Assembly: GCA_001798855.1 (NCBI GenBank)
Contig: MGQQ01000089.1
Span: 12,189 to 76,188, forward strand
DNA length: 64,000 nt
Direction of reading: 5' to 3'
Source of the DNA: Deltaproteobacteria bacterium RBG_16_49_23
GTDB lineage: Bacteria; Desulfobacterota; BSN033; UBA1163
Part shown: piece by piece, positions 1 through 10,709 of the stretch
Numbering within the stretch: the stretch's first letter is position 1
How the letters are laid out: every line of letters starts with the position of its first letter
Position numbers and translations under genes: made by a program
Notes under the pieces: model-generated
Database searches by the model: none
Told to the model about the DNA's origin: nothing
What the model saw: only the letters and a program-made list of their open reading frames with translations

Positions 1-670
1 CCAGGCCGTCGATCACATCCGGAATCGTCCCATAACCATATTCCCCGAAAGTCTCCTTTGGAATCAGGTCAATACCCACGGCGGTGATGATGGCTCCGAC
101 TCTCTCTTCGACAAACCGGTCCTGCTGTTCGTAATCGATGGCTCCAACCGGACAGACCTTCTCACAGACTCTGCATTTCTTCTCCAGGAAATAGCGGCAG
201 TTGGAAGGGTTGATGACAGGCTTGTTCGGAACGGCCTGAGGTGAAAGCGTATAGATCGCCTTTCCCATACCCATGCCCCGGTCAAACTCAGAGGGCTTTT
301 TCGAAGGGCACTTCTCCTGACAGAGGCCGCACCCCGTGCATTTCTCCCAGTCCACATAGGCCGCTTTCCTGCGGATTTTCACGGTAAAGTTGCCGGCCTT
401 CCCTTCCACTCTGTCCACTTCCGAATAGGTGAGAAGTTTAATATGAGGATGCTGGCCTGTCTCGACGGTTTTGGGAGTCAGGGTGCACTGGGCGCAATCA
501 AGCGTCGGAAAGGTCTCTGAGAGCTGGAGCATCCTTCCTCCGATGGAGGGAAGTTTCTCCACCAGAACAACATCATAACCCGCATTTCCGATGTCAATGG
601 ATGCCGAGATGCCGGCAATGCCTCCGCCGATCACCATCGCCCTTTTGATGAATTTCCCATTCTCCTTCAT
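1..670 (-). CDS. hdrA: Heterodisulfide reductase subunit A-like flavoprotein (runs off left edge)
   Basis: Manual translation from ATG at 670: MKENGKFIKRAMVIGGGIAGISAS...LVEKLPSIGGRMLQLSETFPTLDCAQC...CTGCGLCQEKCP...CRVCEKVCP. HdrA FAD-binding and ferredoxin motifs; follows hdrB. Confidence 0.9.
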   Translation of the reverse strand, partial: MKENGKFIKRAMVIGGGIAGISASIDIGNAGYDVVLVEKLPSIGGRMLQLSETFPTLDCAQCTLTPKTVETGQHPHIKLLTYSEVDRVEGKAGNFTVKIRRKAAYVDWEKCTGCGLCQEKCPSKKPSEFDRGMGMGKAIYTLSPQAVPNKPVINPSNCRYFLEKKCRVCEKVCPVGAIDYEQQDRFVEERVGAIITAVGIDLIPKETFGEYGYGTIPDVIDGL

Positions 671-671
671 C

Positions 672-1553
672 TTAGATAAAACCCTTTTCCTTTAGGAGCG
701 GCAAAGGATCCACAAAGTTCTGTTCAAACCCCAGGGTCTGATAATCGAGTCCCATGGCCATCCCGAGAAGCTGTGTGAAATAGAGGACCGGGATCGATTT
801 GAAGTCCAGATATTTCTGCTTGATGTCGGACTGTTTATGGTCGATGTTGAAGGTGCACATCGGACAGGTTGAAACAACGACCTCTGCTCCGTTCTTAATG
901 GCGGAGCCCAGAATCTTATAGCCGCATTCCGTGGCCACTTCCGGCGATCCCACGGATTGAAAAGACCCGCAGCATTCGATCTTGTAGGGAAAATCGACCG
1001 GTTCCGCGCCCATGGCTTCCAGGAACTCTTCGAACAGGGTGGGCCTCTCCTTGTCGTCAAACCCCATCTCGTCAAACGGGCGAAGGAGCATGCATCCATA
1101 ATAGGCTGCCGCCTTCAGCCCGGCCAGCGGCTTCCTCACCCTCTCTTTGATTTGAGGAAACCCGATCTCCTGTTTCAGGATCTCCAGGTAGTGGAGGACA
1201 CGGAGGTCGCCCTGGTAGTTCATTTCGATAAAGTTATTGATCTTCTCCCTCTTCTCTCCGTCATTCTGAATCAACCGGTTCGTCCGCTTAATCACATTGA
1301 AGCAGATGGCGCAGAGGGTCGTCAGGGTGGTTCCTTCTTGCCTCGCCCTGGCTAAAATCCTCGAAGGCGGAAGAAGGGCCATGATATTGTCCGTGGCCAA
1401 TGGAAAAGTTGCTCCGCAGCAGGTCCAGTTGGGAAGTTCCTTCAATTCGAACCCGAGGAGAAGGGAGCAGTTCCGGGCCGTCTGATCGAGATTTTTAGCC
1501 TTGGTGTAGAGCGTGCATCCGGGAAAGTAGAGATAATCCATGATCGACCCCAT
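672..1553 (-). CDS. hdrB: Heterodisulfide reductase subunit B (two CCG domains)
   Basis: YFPGC...WTCCGA...CAIC; YYGC...ECCG...CPMC. Confidence 0.92.
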   Translation of the reverse strand: MGSIMDYLYFPGCTLYTKAKNLDQTARNCSLLLGFELKELPNWTCCGATFPLATDNIMALLPPSRILARARQEGTTLTTLCAICFNVIKRTNRLIQNDGEKREKINNFIEMNYQGDLRVLHYLEILKQEIGFPQIKERVRKPLAGLKAAAYYGCMLLRPFDEMGFDDKERPTLFEEFLEAMGAEPVDFPYKIECCGSFQSVGSPEVATECGYKILGSAIKNGAEVVVSTCPMCTFNIDHKQSDIKQKYLDFKSIPVLYFTQLLGMAMGLDYQTLGFEQNFVDPLPLLKEKGFI

Positions 1554-1660
1554 CCTTTTACCCCTCCCCCTTGACGGGGGAGGGTACGGGTGGGGGTGAA
1601 TCAGTTCTTCATCCCCCTCCCCTCCATCCCCTCCCGCCAGGGGGAGGGAAATTTTCTATT

Positions 1661-2074
1661 TTAAGATAAAAATTTCCTGAAGCCGCTGATGAATGCGATT
1701 TGCGGCACCCTCTCCAGAAACCCCTCCTGGAATTCGGAAATCTGAATATGATCCTTCCGGTCCTTCTTCCTCAGGATGACCATTCGCAATGCATCCATCA
1801 CCCTGGCGATATCGATCCCCTTCGGACACCTCGACGTGCACTGGAGGCACGAAGCGCAGAGCCAGAAGGTATTCACTCCGAGCGCCTCCTCTTCGAGGCC
1901 GAGAAGCGTATAACGGATGACCTCATGAGGACCAACCTCCATGGCAAAAGCCACCGGGCAGCCGGCTGTGCAATTTCCGCACTGGTAACAGGCGAAGAGA
2001 TTCTGCCCGCTGATCAGCTCCACTTTCTTTGCAAATTCATTGTGGACCTTCTGTCTCGTCAGTTCGATCTTCAT
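1661..2074 (-). CDS. hdrC: Heterodisulfide reductase subunit C
   Basis: CYQCGNCTAGCP and CASCLQCTSRCP; start refined to MKIELT (GGAG upstream). Confidence 0.9.
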   Translation of the reverse strand: MKIELTRQKVHNEFAKKVELISGQNLFACYQCGNCTAGCPVAFAMEVGPHEVIRYTLLGLEEEALGVNTFWLCASCLQCTSRCPKGIDIARVMDALRMVILRKKDRKDHIQISEFQEGFLERVPQIAFISGFRKFLS

Positions 2075-2107
2075 GATGAATCTCCAAAAAAACGCATTAA
2101 ATATTTT

Positions 2108-2165
2108 GTAGGGCATGATCTCCGATCATGCCTTTAAACGGTGTGTTCGGGGAACACACCCTACA
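2108..2165. repeat. GTAG-type REP-like element
   Basis: GTAGGGCATGATCTCCGATCATGCC ... CACACCCTAC; GTAGGG/CCCTAC ends with internal hairpins. Confidence 0.6.
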
Positions 2166-2240
2166 TTCCATATAAATTCATTTATTGCGTACATATTAAT
2201 AATAAAACACCGTTGGTGATAAAACGAGTCTATCTTCCCC

Positions 2241-2798
2241 TCATCCTTGCCGGTATCTCTTCTCCCCTTCAATATAAAGGTCGTTTCCTCGAACATCATT
2301 GATGACGATCACCGGAAGGTCTTCAACTTCCAGCCTCCGGATGGCCTCTGGGCCAAGATCCTCATAAGCCACTATCTCTGCCTTCTTCACCTTTTTGGCA
2401 AGAAGAGCCCCGGCGCCTCCGGTAGCTGCAAAGTATATAGCTTTATACTTCTTCATCGCTTCTTTAACCGCATCGGACCGCATGCCTTTTCCAACCATCC
2501 CTTTCAACCCCTTCTCAATCAAAGCGGGAGCATAGGCATCCATCCGGTAACTGGTTGTAGGGCCTGCTGACCCGAAGACCCGTCCCGGTCTGGCGGGTGT
2601 TGGGCCGACATAATAGATGACCTGGCCCCGAATGTCAAAAGGGAGCTCTTTTCCCTCTTTCAAAAGATCGGAAAGCCTTTTATGTGCGGCATCCCTTCCC
2701 GTATAGATGACCCCATTGAGCAGAATGCGATCGCCGATCTTTAGCTTTTCCACATCTTCATCACTCAGGGGTGTCTTCAAACGAATAGGCTCAGCCAT
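2241..2798 (-). CDS. Fe-S fumarate hydratase class I, beta subunit
   Basis: GRDAAHKR, GPTTSYRMD, GKG, GGAGAL motifs. Confidence 0.9.
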   Translation of the reverse strand: MAEPIRLKTPLSDEDVEKLKIGDRILLNGVIYTGRDAAHKRLSDLLKEGKELPFDIRGQVIYYVGPTPARPGRVFGSAGPTTSYRMDAYAPALIEKGLKGMVGKGMRSDAVKEAMKKYKAIYFAATGGAGALLAKKVKKAEIVAYEDLGPEAIRRLEVEDLPVIVINDVRGNDLYIEGEKRYRQG

Positions 2799-3007
2799 AA
2801 ATCCTCCGTTAAACTAATGATGGGGAGATAGGGGGATTGGGTGATGGGGTGACAACAAATGTCACAATGAAAATTGCAAAGTTAACAATCCAAAATTAGC
2901 AATTAAAAAAGCTTATTTATTCTTTATTAGTTATTGGGAATTGGTCATTGATAATTGCTAATTGATCACTTTGCAATGATTATTTTTCTACCTATCTCCT
3001 CATCTCC

Positions 3008-3847
3008 CTATAGGATTACCTCTTTATGTCTCTGGGCGTGGCACTGAATGTTAACTGCCAGCGGGAAACTGGCGATGTGGCAGGGCATCATCAAAATGTG
3101 AACCGCCAGCGAGGTGGTCCGTCCTCCCAGACCCTGTGGTCCGATGCCCAGCCTGTTGATCTCCTCCAGAATCTCCGACTCCAGTCTGTCCAGCTCCGGG
3201 TCCTGATTCCTGCTTCCGAGAGGACGGAGAAGGCTCTTCTTCGCAAGAAGCGCGGCCAGCTCAAATGTCCCTCCGATTCCGACTCCGATAATGGTCGGTG
3301 GACAGGGATTGGAGCCCGACTCCTTCACCCTCTGGACGACATAGCGTTTGATTCCCTCAATCCCATCGGATGGCGTCAGCATCACCACTCGGCTCATATT
3401 CTCACTGCCGCCCCCTTTCGGAGCCACGGTAATCTTAACTTTATCTCCCTGAACGATCTCCGTATGGATGATGGCGGGAGTATTGTCCCCGGTATTTTTC
3501 CGGGTGAAAGGATGACAGATCGACTTCCTGAGATACCCGTCCCGGTATCCCTGGCGAACCCCTTCAAAGATCGCCTCCTTCAGGTCCCCCCCGGCCAGAT
3601 GAACATCCTGTCCCAATTCGAGGAAGACCACTGCAAATCCCGTATCCTGACAGAGGGCCACCTTTTCGTCCTTTGCAATCCGGGCATTCTCTTTCAATTC
3701 CCTCAGTATTTCCAGTCCCAGAGAAGATTCTTCCTTTTCGATGGCCCGGTCAAACGCTTGAAGCACATCCTCTCCCAGATCGGTGTTTGCCTCCATACAG
3801 AGGTCTCTCACCTTCTCGGTGATCAACTTGACATCGATCTCTCGCAT
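3008..3847 (-). CDS. Fe-S fumarate hydratase class I, alpha subunit
   Basis: CQDTG, KGGGSEN, NPCPP, GPQGLGG, QCHA motifs; adjacent to mdh. Confidence 0.9.
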   Translation of the reverse strand: MREIDVKLITEKVRDLCMEANTDLGEDVLQAFDRAIEKEESSLGLEILRELKENARIAKDEKVALCQDTGFAVVFLELGQDVHLAGGDLKEAIFEGVRQGYRDGYLRKSICHPFTRKNTGDNTPAIIHTEIVQGDKVKITVAPKGGGSENMSRVVMLTPSDGIEGIKRYVVQRVKESGSNPCPPTIIGVGIGGTFELAALLAKKSLLRPLGSRNQDPELDRLESEILEEINRLGIGPQGLGGRTTSLAVHILMMPCHIASFPLAVNIQCHAQRHKEVIL

Positions 3848-3865
3848 TTCTTCATCCCCATTCAG

Positions 3866-3926
3866 GGCTAAAGCCCTGAGTTACAAATTTTTAAGAATAT
3901 GTAACTCAACCCTTTAGGGTTGATTC
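3866..3926. repeat. Short dispersed hairpin repeat (second copy 33992-34053)
   Basis: GGCTAAAGCCyTGAGTTAC-N-GTAACTCAACCCTTTAGGGTTGATTCA in both places, each between co-directional genes. Confidence 0.8.
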
Positions 3927-3933
3927 ATTACAA

Positions 3934-4896
<963 letters not shown>

Positions 4897-4902
4897 TCAC
4901 CT

Positions 4903-5994
4903 TCATCCTCTCCCCTCAGGGGAGAGGGTCGGGGGTGAGGGGTTTGTTGATTCGATTTGATAACCCTTCAAATGAAATCCGCAGGTCTTCCGGATGATCA
5001 GTTCGGGCATGAGAAGAACCTCTTTCGCGGAAGTCCTCTCCTCACCCTTCTCAATCTTTTCCACCAGCATCTCAACGGCGATGGCTCCCATCTCAAACTT
5101 TTTCTGGCCAATCGTGGTCAGTTCGATCCCTTGCATGGATGAAAATTCGATGTCGTTGAATCCGATCAGCGCCACATCCTCCGGTATCCTGAGCCCCTCT
5201 TCAAGGATCGCCTGACAGACTCCCAATGCCATGTAGTCACTGGCGGCAAAGATGGCAGTGGGCAGTTCTGCCATTTTAAGAAACTGTTTTCCCCTCTCAT
5301 AACCCGACTTCTTTAAAAAATTTCCTTCGAGAAAATAGTCGTTTCTCTGCTCCAGTCCATAGGTCGAAAGCGCTTTTTTCCCCCCCTCGAGACGTTCAAG
5401 GCCGACGGAGGATTCCGCAGACCCGCCGATCACCCCTATTCTTTCATGGCCGAGTCTGATCAGATGTTCCACAGCTAAAAACCCTCCGAGGATATTATCC
5501 ACGCCGACATAATTGACCTTCTCCTTGACAACCGGATGGTAGGTCCTTCGATTGACCAGGGTAATAGGAAATTCCTCCTCGGCTAATGCAACGATATTGG
5601 GATCCTCCATATGGGCGGAGGAAAAAACGATTCCATCCACCCCCTTACTTCGTAGCATTTCAATATACTGCTTTTCAGTCGAGATGTCAGACTGGGTGCT
5701 GCAGAGGATGATACTATATCCCAACTTTGTAGCTGTCTTCTCTATCCCCTGAGCTAATTCGGTATAGAAAGGATTGGCAATATTCGTAATGACAAGGCCG
5801 AGAGTCCGGGTCCGCTTCAATACCAAACTTCTTGCTATGAAATTAGGCCGGTAACCTAACTCTTTTGCAATTGAGAGGATCTTCTCTTTGGTTTCTTGAC
5901 GAATCCGGGATTTATCATTGAGGGCTCTTGAAACAGTTGTGTGTGATACCTGGGCAATTCTCGCTATATCTTTAATATTGATCTTTTTATACAT
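4903..5994 (-). CDS. LacI-family transcriptional regulator
   Basis: NIKDIARIAQVSHTTVSRALN HTH plus periplasmic-binding-protein-like domain; last residues read into a hairpin repeat. Confidence 0.93.
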   Translation of the reverse strand: MYKKINIKDIARIAQVSHTTVSRALNDKSRIRQETKEKILSIAKELGYRPNFIARSLVLKRTRTLGLVITNIANPFYTELAQGIEKTATKLGYSIILCSTQSDISTEKQYIEMLRSKGVDGIVFSSAHMEDPNIVALAEEEFPITLVNRRTYHPVVKEKVNYVGVDNILGGFLAVEHLIRLGHERIGVIGGSAESSVGLERLEGGKKALSTYGLEQRNDYFLEGNFLKKSGYERGKQFLKMAELPTAIFAASDYMALGVCQAILEEGLRIPEDVALIGFNDIEFSSMQGIELTTIGQKKFEMGAIAVEMLVEKIEKGEERTSAKEVLLMPELIIRKTCGFHLKGYQIESTNPSPPTLSPEGRG

Positions 5995-6025
5995 TCTTTT
6001 GCGTTAACGGAAAATACGAAATTCT

Positions 6026-6200
6026 GTAACAATTTAGTTGTTTGAAAAAACTTTCAAAATCCCTCCCCTGCCTTCGCCGAAGCGGCTTCGCGCAGGCAGG
6101 CAACCTCCCTTTGCCAAAGGGAGGAGTAATTAATCCCCCTTTGTAAAAGGGGGATTGCCGCCAGCCCATAGGGCCTCTGGCCCGGAGGGAGGGGGATTTT
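6026..6200. mobile_element. MITE-like repeat family B carrying two nested mini-inserts (6067-6100, 6147-6179)
   Basis: GTAACAATTTAGTTGTTTGAAA left end and CTCCCTTT-NNN-AAAGGGAG / CCCCCTTT-NNN-AAAGGGGG hairpins; compared with the insert-free copy at 34986-35126. Confidence 0.75.
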
Positions 6201-6273
6201 CATGGTTTGAGCCTGTCCCGTATAAACGGGAGATGACGCTCCGTCATGAAAGATTGCCAAGGAGCCATCAGGC

Positions 6274-7797
6274 TTACTTCTTCTGAGCCTCTGCCTTGGC
6301 TTTAGTGATTGCCTCATCCTCTCTCTTCACATCCTCCAGTGTCTTTGGCTTCACCTTATCCGGCACAGGCTCCAGGCCATACTTCCACTTCAAGAACTGC
6401 GCCCCGGTCTGCGGAAAAAGTGCATAGATCAAAGCATCATAAAGGTCTTTGGCCAGCTCTTTCGACTCCCCCTTCACCTTCTCTAACTCCGGTTCAATAA
6501 CATCCGCTGGACGGCAGGTGATTGGCTCCTTCCCTTTCTTATATCCTTTGAGCACCACATTCTTGACTTCATCTGAAATCGGCACAGGAGGCCTTCCATA
6601 GAGACCGTAGACATAGTCCTGCGTCTCCTTTGACACCATCTTATAACGACCGAAAAGAACATTGAGCACCGCTTGAACTCCCACAATCTGTGACGTCGGC
6701 GTCACCAGTGGAGGATATCCCAGGTCCTTTCTGGCCTTAGGCAGCTCCGCATAGACCTCTGAAATTCTATGGATGGCATTTTGCTGCCTTAGCTGGCTAA
6801 CCATGTTTGAGATCATCCCACCGGGGATCTGGTGTTTTAGCACTCCCGTGTCGATCACGGACATCTTCGTGGTATCCAGAAAGTCACGATATTTAGGCGC
6901 AACCGACTCCAGATATTCTCCTAACTTCAGGAGCTTCGAAAGGTCGAGCTTCGGATCCCAGGGCGTTCCCTGAACAGCCACGAGGATGGGTTCCACAGCG
7001 GGCTGGGAAGAACGGAGCGCGAAAGGGGCGAGCGCTGTATCAACGACATCCACCCCTGCCTCAATCGCCTTCAGATAGGTCATCGTGCCCATCCCGCTCG
7101 TATAATGTGTGTGAAGTTGAATGGGAATTTTCACCGTTTTCTTCAATCCCTTGACCAGCTCATAGGCGTCATAAGGCGCAAGAAGTGCGGCCATATCCTT
7201 GATGCAGAGCGAATCGGCGCCCATCCCTTCCAGGACCTTTGCCTTTTCAAGATAATAATTGAGATTATAGATTGGCCCGCCCATTCGTGTCTCAGTCAGT
7301 GAATAACAGATCGTTCCTTGAATATGCTTCTTGCAGCGCTTGATCACTTTGAAGGCTGTCTCAAAGTTACGCTCATCATTGACGGCGTCAAAAACCCGAA
7401 AGATGTCAATGCCCACTTCAGCGCATTTCTCTACAAATGCCTCTACCAGGTCATCGGCATAATGACGATAACCCACCAGATTTTGACCACGGAGAAGCAT
7501 CTGAAAGGGCGTTCTCGGCATCAGCTTCTTTAAAATCCTTACCCTTTCCCAGGGATCCTCTCCTAAAAAGCGATGGCAGACATCATAAGTCGCCCCTCCC
7601 CACACTTCAACAGAATGAAATCCCACCTGATCCATTTCCTCGGCAATGGGAACCATATCCTCAACCCGCATTCTCGTGGCTAAATTGGATTGATGACCAT
7701 CGCGTAGAGTCGTATCCGTTATGCCGATTGGCTTTTTCGCCACCTTCTCCATACCTTCCATTCTTGTAGCCTCCTTTCCATCCTCAAAAGGGATCAT
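6274..7797 (-). CDS. Pyruvate/oxaloacetate carboxyltransferase subunit (PycB/OadA/transcarboxylase 5S-like, no biotinyl domain)
   Basis: DTTLRDGHQS, EVWGGATYD, IKDMA, HTH, PGGM, PLVTPTSQIVG; true start probably 7761 or 7752. Confidence 0.9.
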   Translation of the reverse strand: MIPFEDGKEATRMEGMEKVAKKPIGITDTTLRDGHQSNLATRMRVEDMVPIAEEMDQVGFHSVEVWGGATYDVCHRFLGEDPWERVRILKKLMPRTPFQMLLRGQNLVGYRHYADDLVEAFVEKCAEVGIDIFRVFDAVNDERNFETAFKVIKRCKKHIQGTICYSLTETRMGGPIYNLNYYLEKAKVLEGMGADSLCIKDMAALLAPYDAYELVKGLKKTVKIPIQLHTHYTSGMGTMTYLKAIEAGVDVVDTALAPFALRSSQPAVEPILVAVQGTPWDPKLDLSKLLKLGEYLESVAPKYRDFLDTTKMSVIDTGVLKHQIPGGMISNMVSQLRQQNAIHRISEVYAELPKARKDLGYPPLVTPTSQIVGVQAVLNVLFGRYKMVSKETQDYVYGLYGRPPVPISDEVKNVVLKGYKKGKEPITCRPADVIEPELEKVKGESKELAKDLYDALIYALFPQTGAQFLKWKYGLEPVPDKVKPKTLEDVKREDEAITKAKAEAQKK

Positions 7798-7817
7798 TTA
7801 ATTAATGTTAATTTTAT

Positions 7818-7852
7818 GCGTTAACGTTAACGCCTACGGAAAAATTTGTCAA
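7818..7852 (-). promoter_or_regulatory. Sigma70-like promoter overlapped by 16-bp perfect palindrome GCGTTAACGTTAACGC (likely LacI operator)
   Basis: Palindrome 7818-7833 with central CG; TTGACA (7852-7847)-17 bp-TAACGT on minus strand; half-site GCGTTAAC also at 6001-6008 before lacI. Confidence 0.7.
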
Positions 7853-8213
7853 GCTTAAAATTTGGAAGGATTTATCTTTCCGGGAAGAAAATCGACGGGG
7901 AGAGGAAAGATCGTTCCTCTCCCCTTGCGTTCGAATTGGATTCAAGGTGAGATCAATTTGTCCGGAATTGTAATTCCCTTCTCCCTGTAATATCTAACCG
8001 CCCATGGATGAATAAGAAAGCATTTGTTCTGAACATCCCCCCTCGCCCCCCTTTGCCAAAGGGGGGATGTTAGTGTTTGCCATTTGCTAAAAGGGGATCA
8101 TAAGAATGATAGTCATATTTTATGAGGTTTTTACCCACCCACTTACACGAAGAGCCCTTTATTATTCCCCTCTGTCTCACTCTGTTTATATTGAAGTTGT
8201 CAATGACCTCCTT

Positions 8214-8942
8214 TCACGGATTTTCATCGGAAACCAGTAGGCTCTTCATCTCCCCCGGACTGCCGAACTCCATCTTCATCAGCCGCTGATAATAGGATCG
8301 TGAGGTGTAGAGGGCAGCCAGCGGATTATGCCCTGTGACCCGGTCTTTCACGGCAAAGACGGTGGTCAGGCCATTAATAAATTTCAAAAAGAGGGAATCA
8401 TGGCCGATACAGAGTCCCAGCATGACATTAAAATCGGTCCCGGCCTGATTCAAGATTTTTGCCTGGGCAATCGGATTACACATTGACTCAAATTCCCCGA
8501 TACAGATCTTCTCCTCATCCTTCACACCGATCCTCTCCTTTGGAATCCCTCCCACCTTGCACGAAACCGAAATAACCTCGAAGCCATGCTTTTCCAGAAT
8601 CTCTGAGAGAACGGCAGCCTCATGGGTCAGGCCGCCACAGAAGGCCAAACCAAGCTTCTTATAGCCCATCCTCTGAGAGAATTCGATCAACTCCTCCATT
8701 CTGCTTTTTGTGGGAATCATCACAAACGGTCTGGCTTCACGCAGTGCGTAACAGGAACCCTCCTGAACCGAGGCCGTCCGTGCAAACTCTTTTATCTCCG
8801 GATCGTCATATCTCTCCATGGCTTCCGTCAGGGCTGACTCTCCTTTCTTTGTTGGACACCAGGAAGGCCCCCTGCCCTTCTCCAGCCGGCAGATCTTCTC
8901 TACCACCGCACACTTTGCGCAATTGCATCCGATGTCTTCCAT
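8214..8942 (-). CDS. DUF1847-family metal-binding protein
   Basis: N-terminal Cys cluster, GLAFC, CKVG, MCNPIAQA, GLCIGHDSLF, KDRVTGHNP. Confidence 0.8.
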   Translation of the reverse strand: MEDIGCNCAKCAVVEKICRLEKGRGPSWCPTKKGESALTEAMERYDDPEIKEFARTASVQEGSCYALREARPFVMIPTKSRMEELIEFSQRMGYKKLGLAFCGGLTHEAAVLSEILEKHGFEVISVSCKVGGIPKERIGVKDEEKICIGEFESMCNPIAQAKILNQAGTDFNVMLGLCIGHDSLFLKFINGLTTVFAVKDRVTGHNPLAALYTSRSYYQRLMKMEFGSPGEMKSLLVSDENP

Positions 8943-8963
8943 ATCTCTTTCTCCTTATGATTG

Positions 8964-9181
8964 GAGCTTGTTGCACAAATGCTAAAAATACTCTTCGACA
9001 AGCTCAGTGTGAACGGAGTTTAAATTAAAACCATTGACTTTTCAAGTTCGTCCTGAGCCCTTCCTTCGACTTCGCTCAGGACATTCGGAAAAAACCGTTC
9101 GCCCTGAGGTTCTCGAAGGGCATATAGTTCGCTTAGGACAGACTTGTCGAAGAACGGAAAGTGGCTTTCTGCAACAGGCTC
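8964..9181. mobile_element. MITE with terminal inverted repeats and 4-bp direct repeat, containing CTTCGAC..GCTCAG hairpin repeats
   Basis: GAGCTTGTTGCA ... TGCAACAGGCTC flanked by ATTG on both sides. Confidence 0.65.
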
Positions 9182-9359
9182 ATTGGCTATCTATTTCGTA
9201 ACAATAAAGAGGACCATTTCCGCAGGTCTCGAATCTTTTCAACGTTTCTAACTTGTTCAACAATCTTAACTCGTCGTTCTCTTGTCCAGAGACGATTGCT
9301 CAGATCGTGGAACTTCTCAATCAACTCTTCCCAGGAGAGAGGATTCTCAGGATCGCCTT

Positions 9360-9570
9360 TGCAAAATCCTTCCCCTGCCTTCGCCGAAGCGGCTTCGCGC
9401 AGGCAGGCAACCTCCCTTTTCCCTCCGGGTCGGAGACCGCTCTGGGTCGGAGACCAAAGGGGGATTCACCCTGTTAGATAAATTTTTTTCACTTTCAATA
9501 ATTGGATATAGACCTGCTATCTAACAGGGTGAAGGGGGATTAGATCAGGTTTTTCAAAGCGCTAAACTAT
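9360..9570. mobile_element. Family B repeat with three nested inserts (9374-9407, 9421-9454, 9467-9531)
   Basis: Alignment by eye to the empty copy 34986-35126; 9467-9531 has a 14-bp perfect TIR CACCCTGTTAGATA. Confidence 0.75.
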
Positions 9571-9724
9571 TGCCATTAATGAATAATAATAGTTTATTGT
9601 ATGCAAGATAACATGAATATTCAAACAAATTATATCATCCTCAAACGGTGTTCAAACACAATCTTTCTAAAAAAAGAAAAAACTGCTATATTACTGCTAT
9701 ATTAAGGCAATCAGAAAGGATGCT

Positions 9725-10690
9725 ATGGAAAGAAAAGGACACATGACCAGAGATCGGAATATATCGGAGATCGTGCGAGCGCTTCTCCACTCCCAGATCG
9801 CTTTTCAGGAAATATTCAAAAGGTACAGAAAGGGCCGGCTCCGCTTCCCTGACATTGGAAACTGGGTGGATGACAAGGGTCAGAGCCCTCTCTACAATCT
9901 GAAAGAACAATCCCATTCCCTTTTCCGCAATAAGGGAAAAGAGCCTTTCCAGAAAAAAGAGTGGCTCCTTGACCTGGTCATTGGATCCATCTTTCACGAA
10001 GCCATGAAGTTAAGGGAAAATATTTATCAACTCGAAATCTATCGCCCCAAATATCATAAATATAAACTCCATATTGGAAGATCGGCTTATGAAAGGGATT
10101 ATTCGCAACAATTTGAGCGGATCATCTCAAAGGCGGAAAAGGGAGTGCTTCTGGGAGTATCGGAAATGCGATCCCTTTTCCATGATGCCATGGAGCAGTT
10201 GATCGACCTCTTTAAAGAGAATGGCCGGAATCCCTATCTGGTCCGATTCCTTCTGGAACATCACGCCCTTCTTCAGAAAGCTTACGGTTCTCAAAGAGGG
10301 AAGGAGGTTTTCGGTCTCATCTTTGAAGGTGGAATGCAGGAGGCTTATGACCGGGCGGGCCGCAGTTATCTTTCGAGCGGGTATTATGATCTCTCATCCC
10401 GCCACTTTGCAAAAGCGTTGAAGCTGGGGCCTCCCCATCATGAACTTCGTTTTCTGCTTTACTTCAGCCTCGGGATGAATGCCTATTATAAAAATGCTTA
10501 CCCGGAGGCCCTGTCCTCCTGGGGAAAACTGATCTCCATCCGGTTAAAGAAAAATTTTAAGAAACATTATGCCAGGCAACTCGAGGAGGTCTGCCATAAG
10601 ATGGCTTCGGAATTAAACGAGGAGGGAAAACCCAAGCTGGCCCAAAAGGCGCATCTCCTTGCCGATCAGATTAAAAAAATGTTAGGATGA
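9725..10690 (+). CDS. Hypothetical alpha-helical protein with C-terminal TPR-like repeats
   Basis: 321-aa ORF, AAGGA RBS; AGRSYLSSGYYDLSSRHFAKALKLGP is TPR-like. Confidence 0.65.
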   Translation: MERKGHMTRDRNISEIVRALLHSQIAFQEIFKRYRKGRLRFPDIGNWVDDKGQSPLYNLKEQSHSLFRNKGKEPFQKKEWLLDLVIGSIFHEAMKLRENIYQLEIYRPKYHKYKLHIGRSAYERDYSQQFERIISKAEKGVLLGVSEMRSLFHDAMEQLIDLFKENGRNPYLVRFLLEHHALLQKAYGSQRGKEVFGLIFEGGMQEAYDRAGRSYLSSGYYDLSSRHFAKALKLGPPHHELRFLLYFSLGMNAYYKNAYPEALSSWGKLISIRLKKNFKKHYARQLEEVCHKMASELNEEGKPKLAQKAHLLADQIKKMLG

Positions 10691-10709
10691 ATTAAGAGGG
10701 GTCTGTGAG

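Noticed and set aside
5987-6317. Short ORFs with similar peptides (LPACAKPLRRRQG / AFAEAASRRQA) here and at 9161-9524, 46411-46745, 56319-56747
   Set aside because: The similarity comes from reading through the 34-bp hairpin and host repeats, not from a protein family
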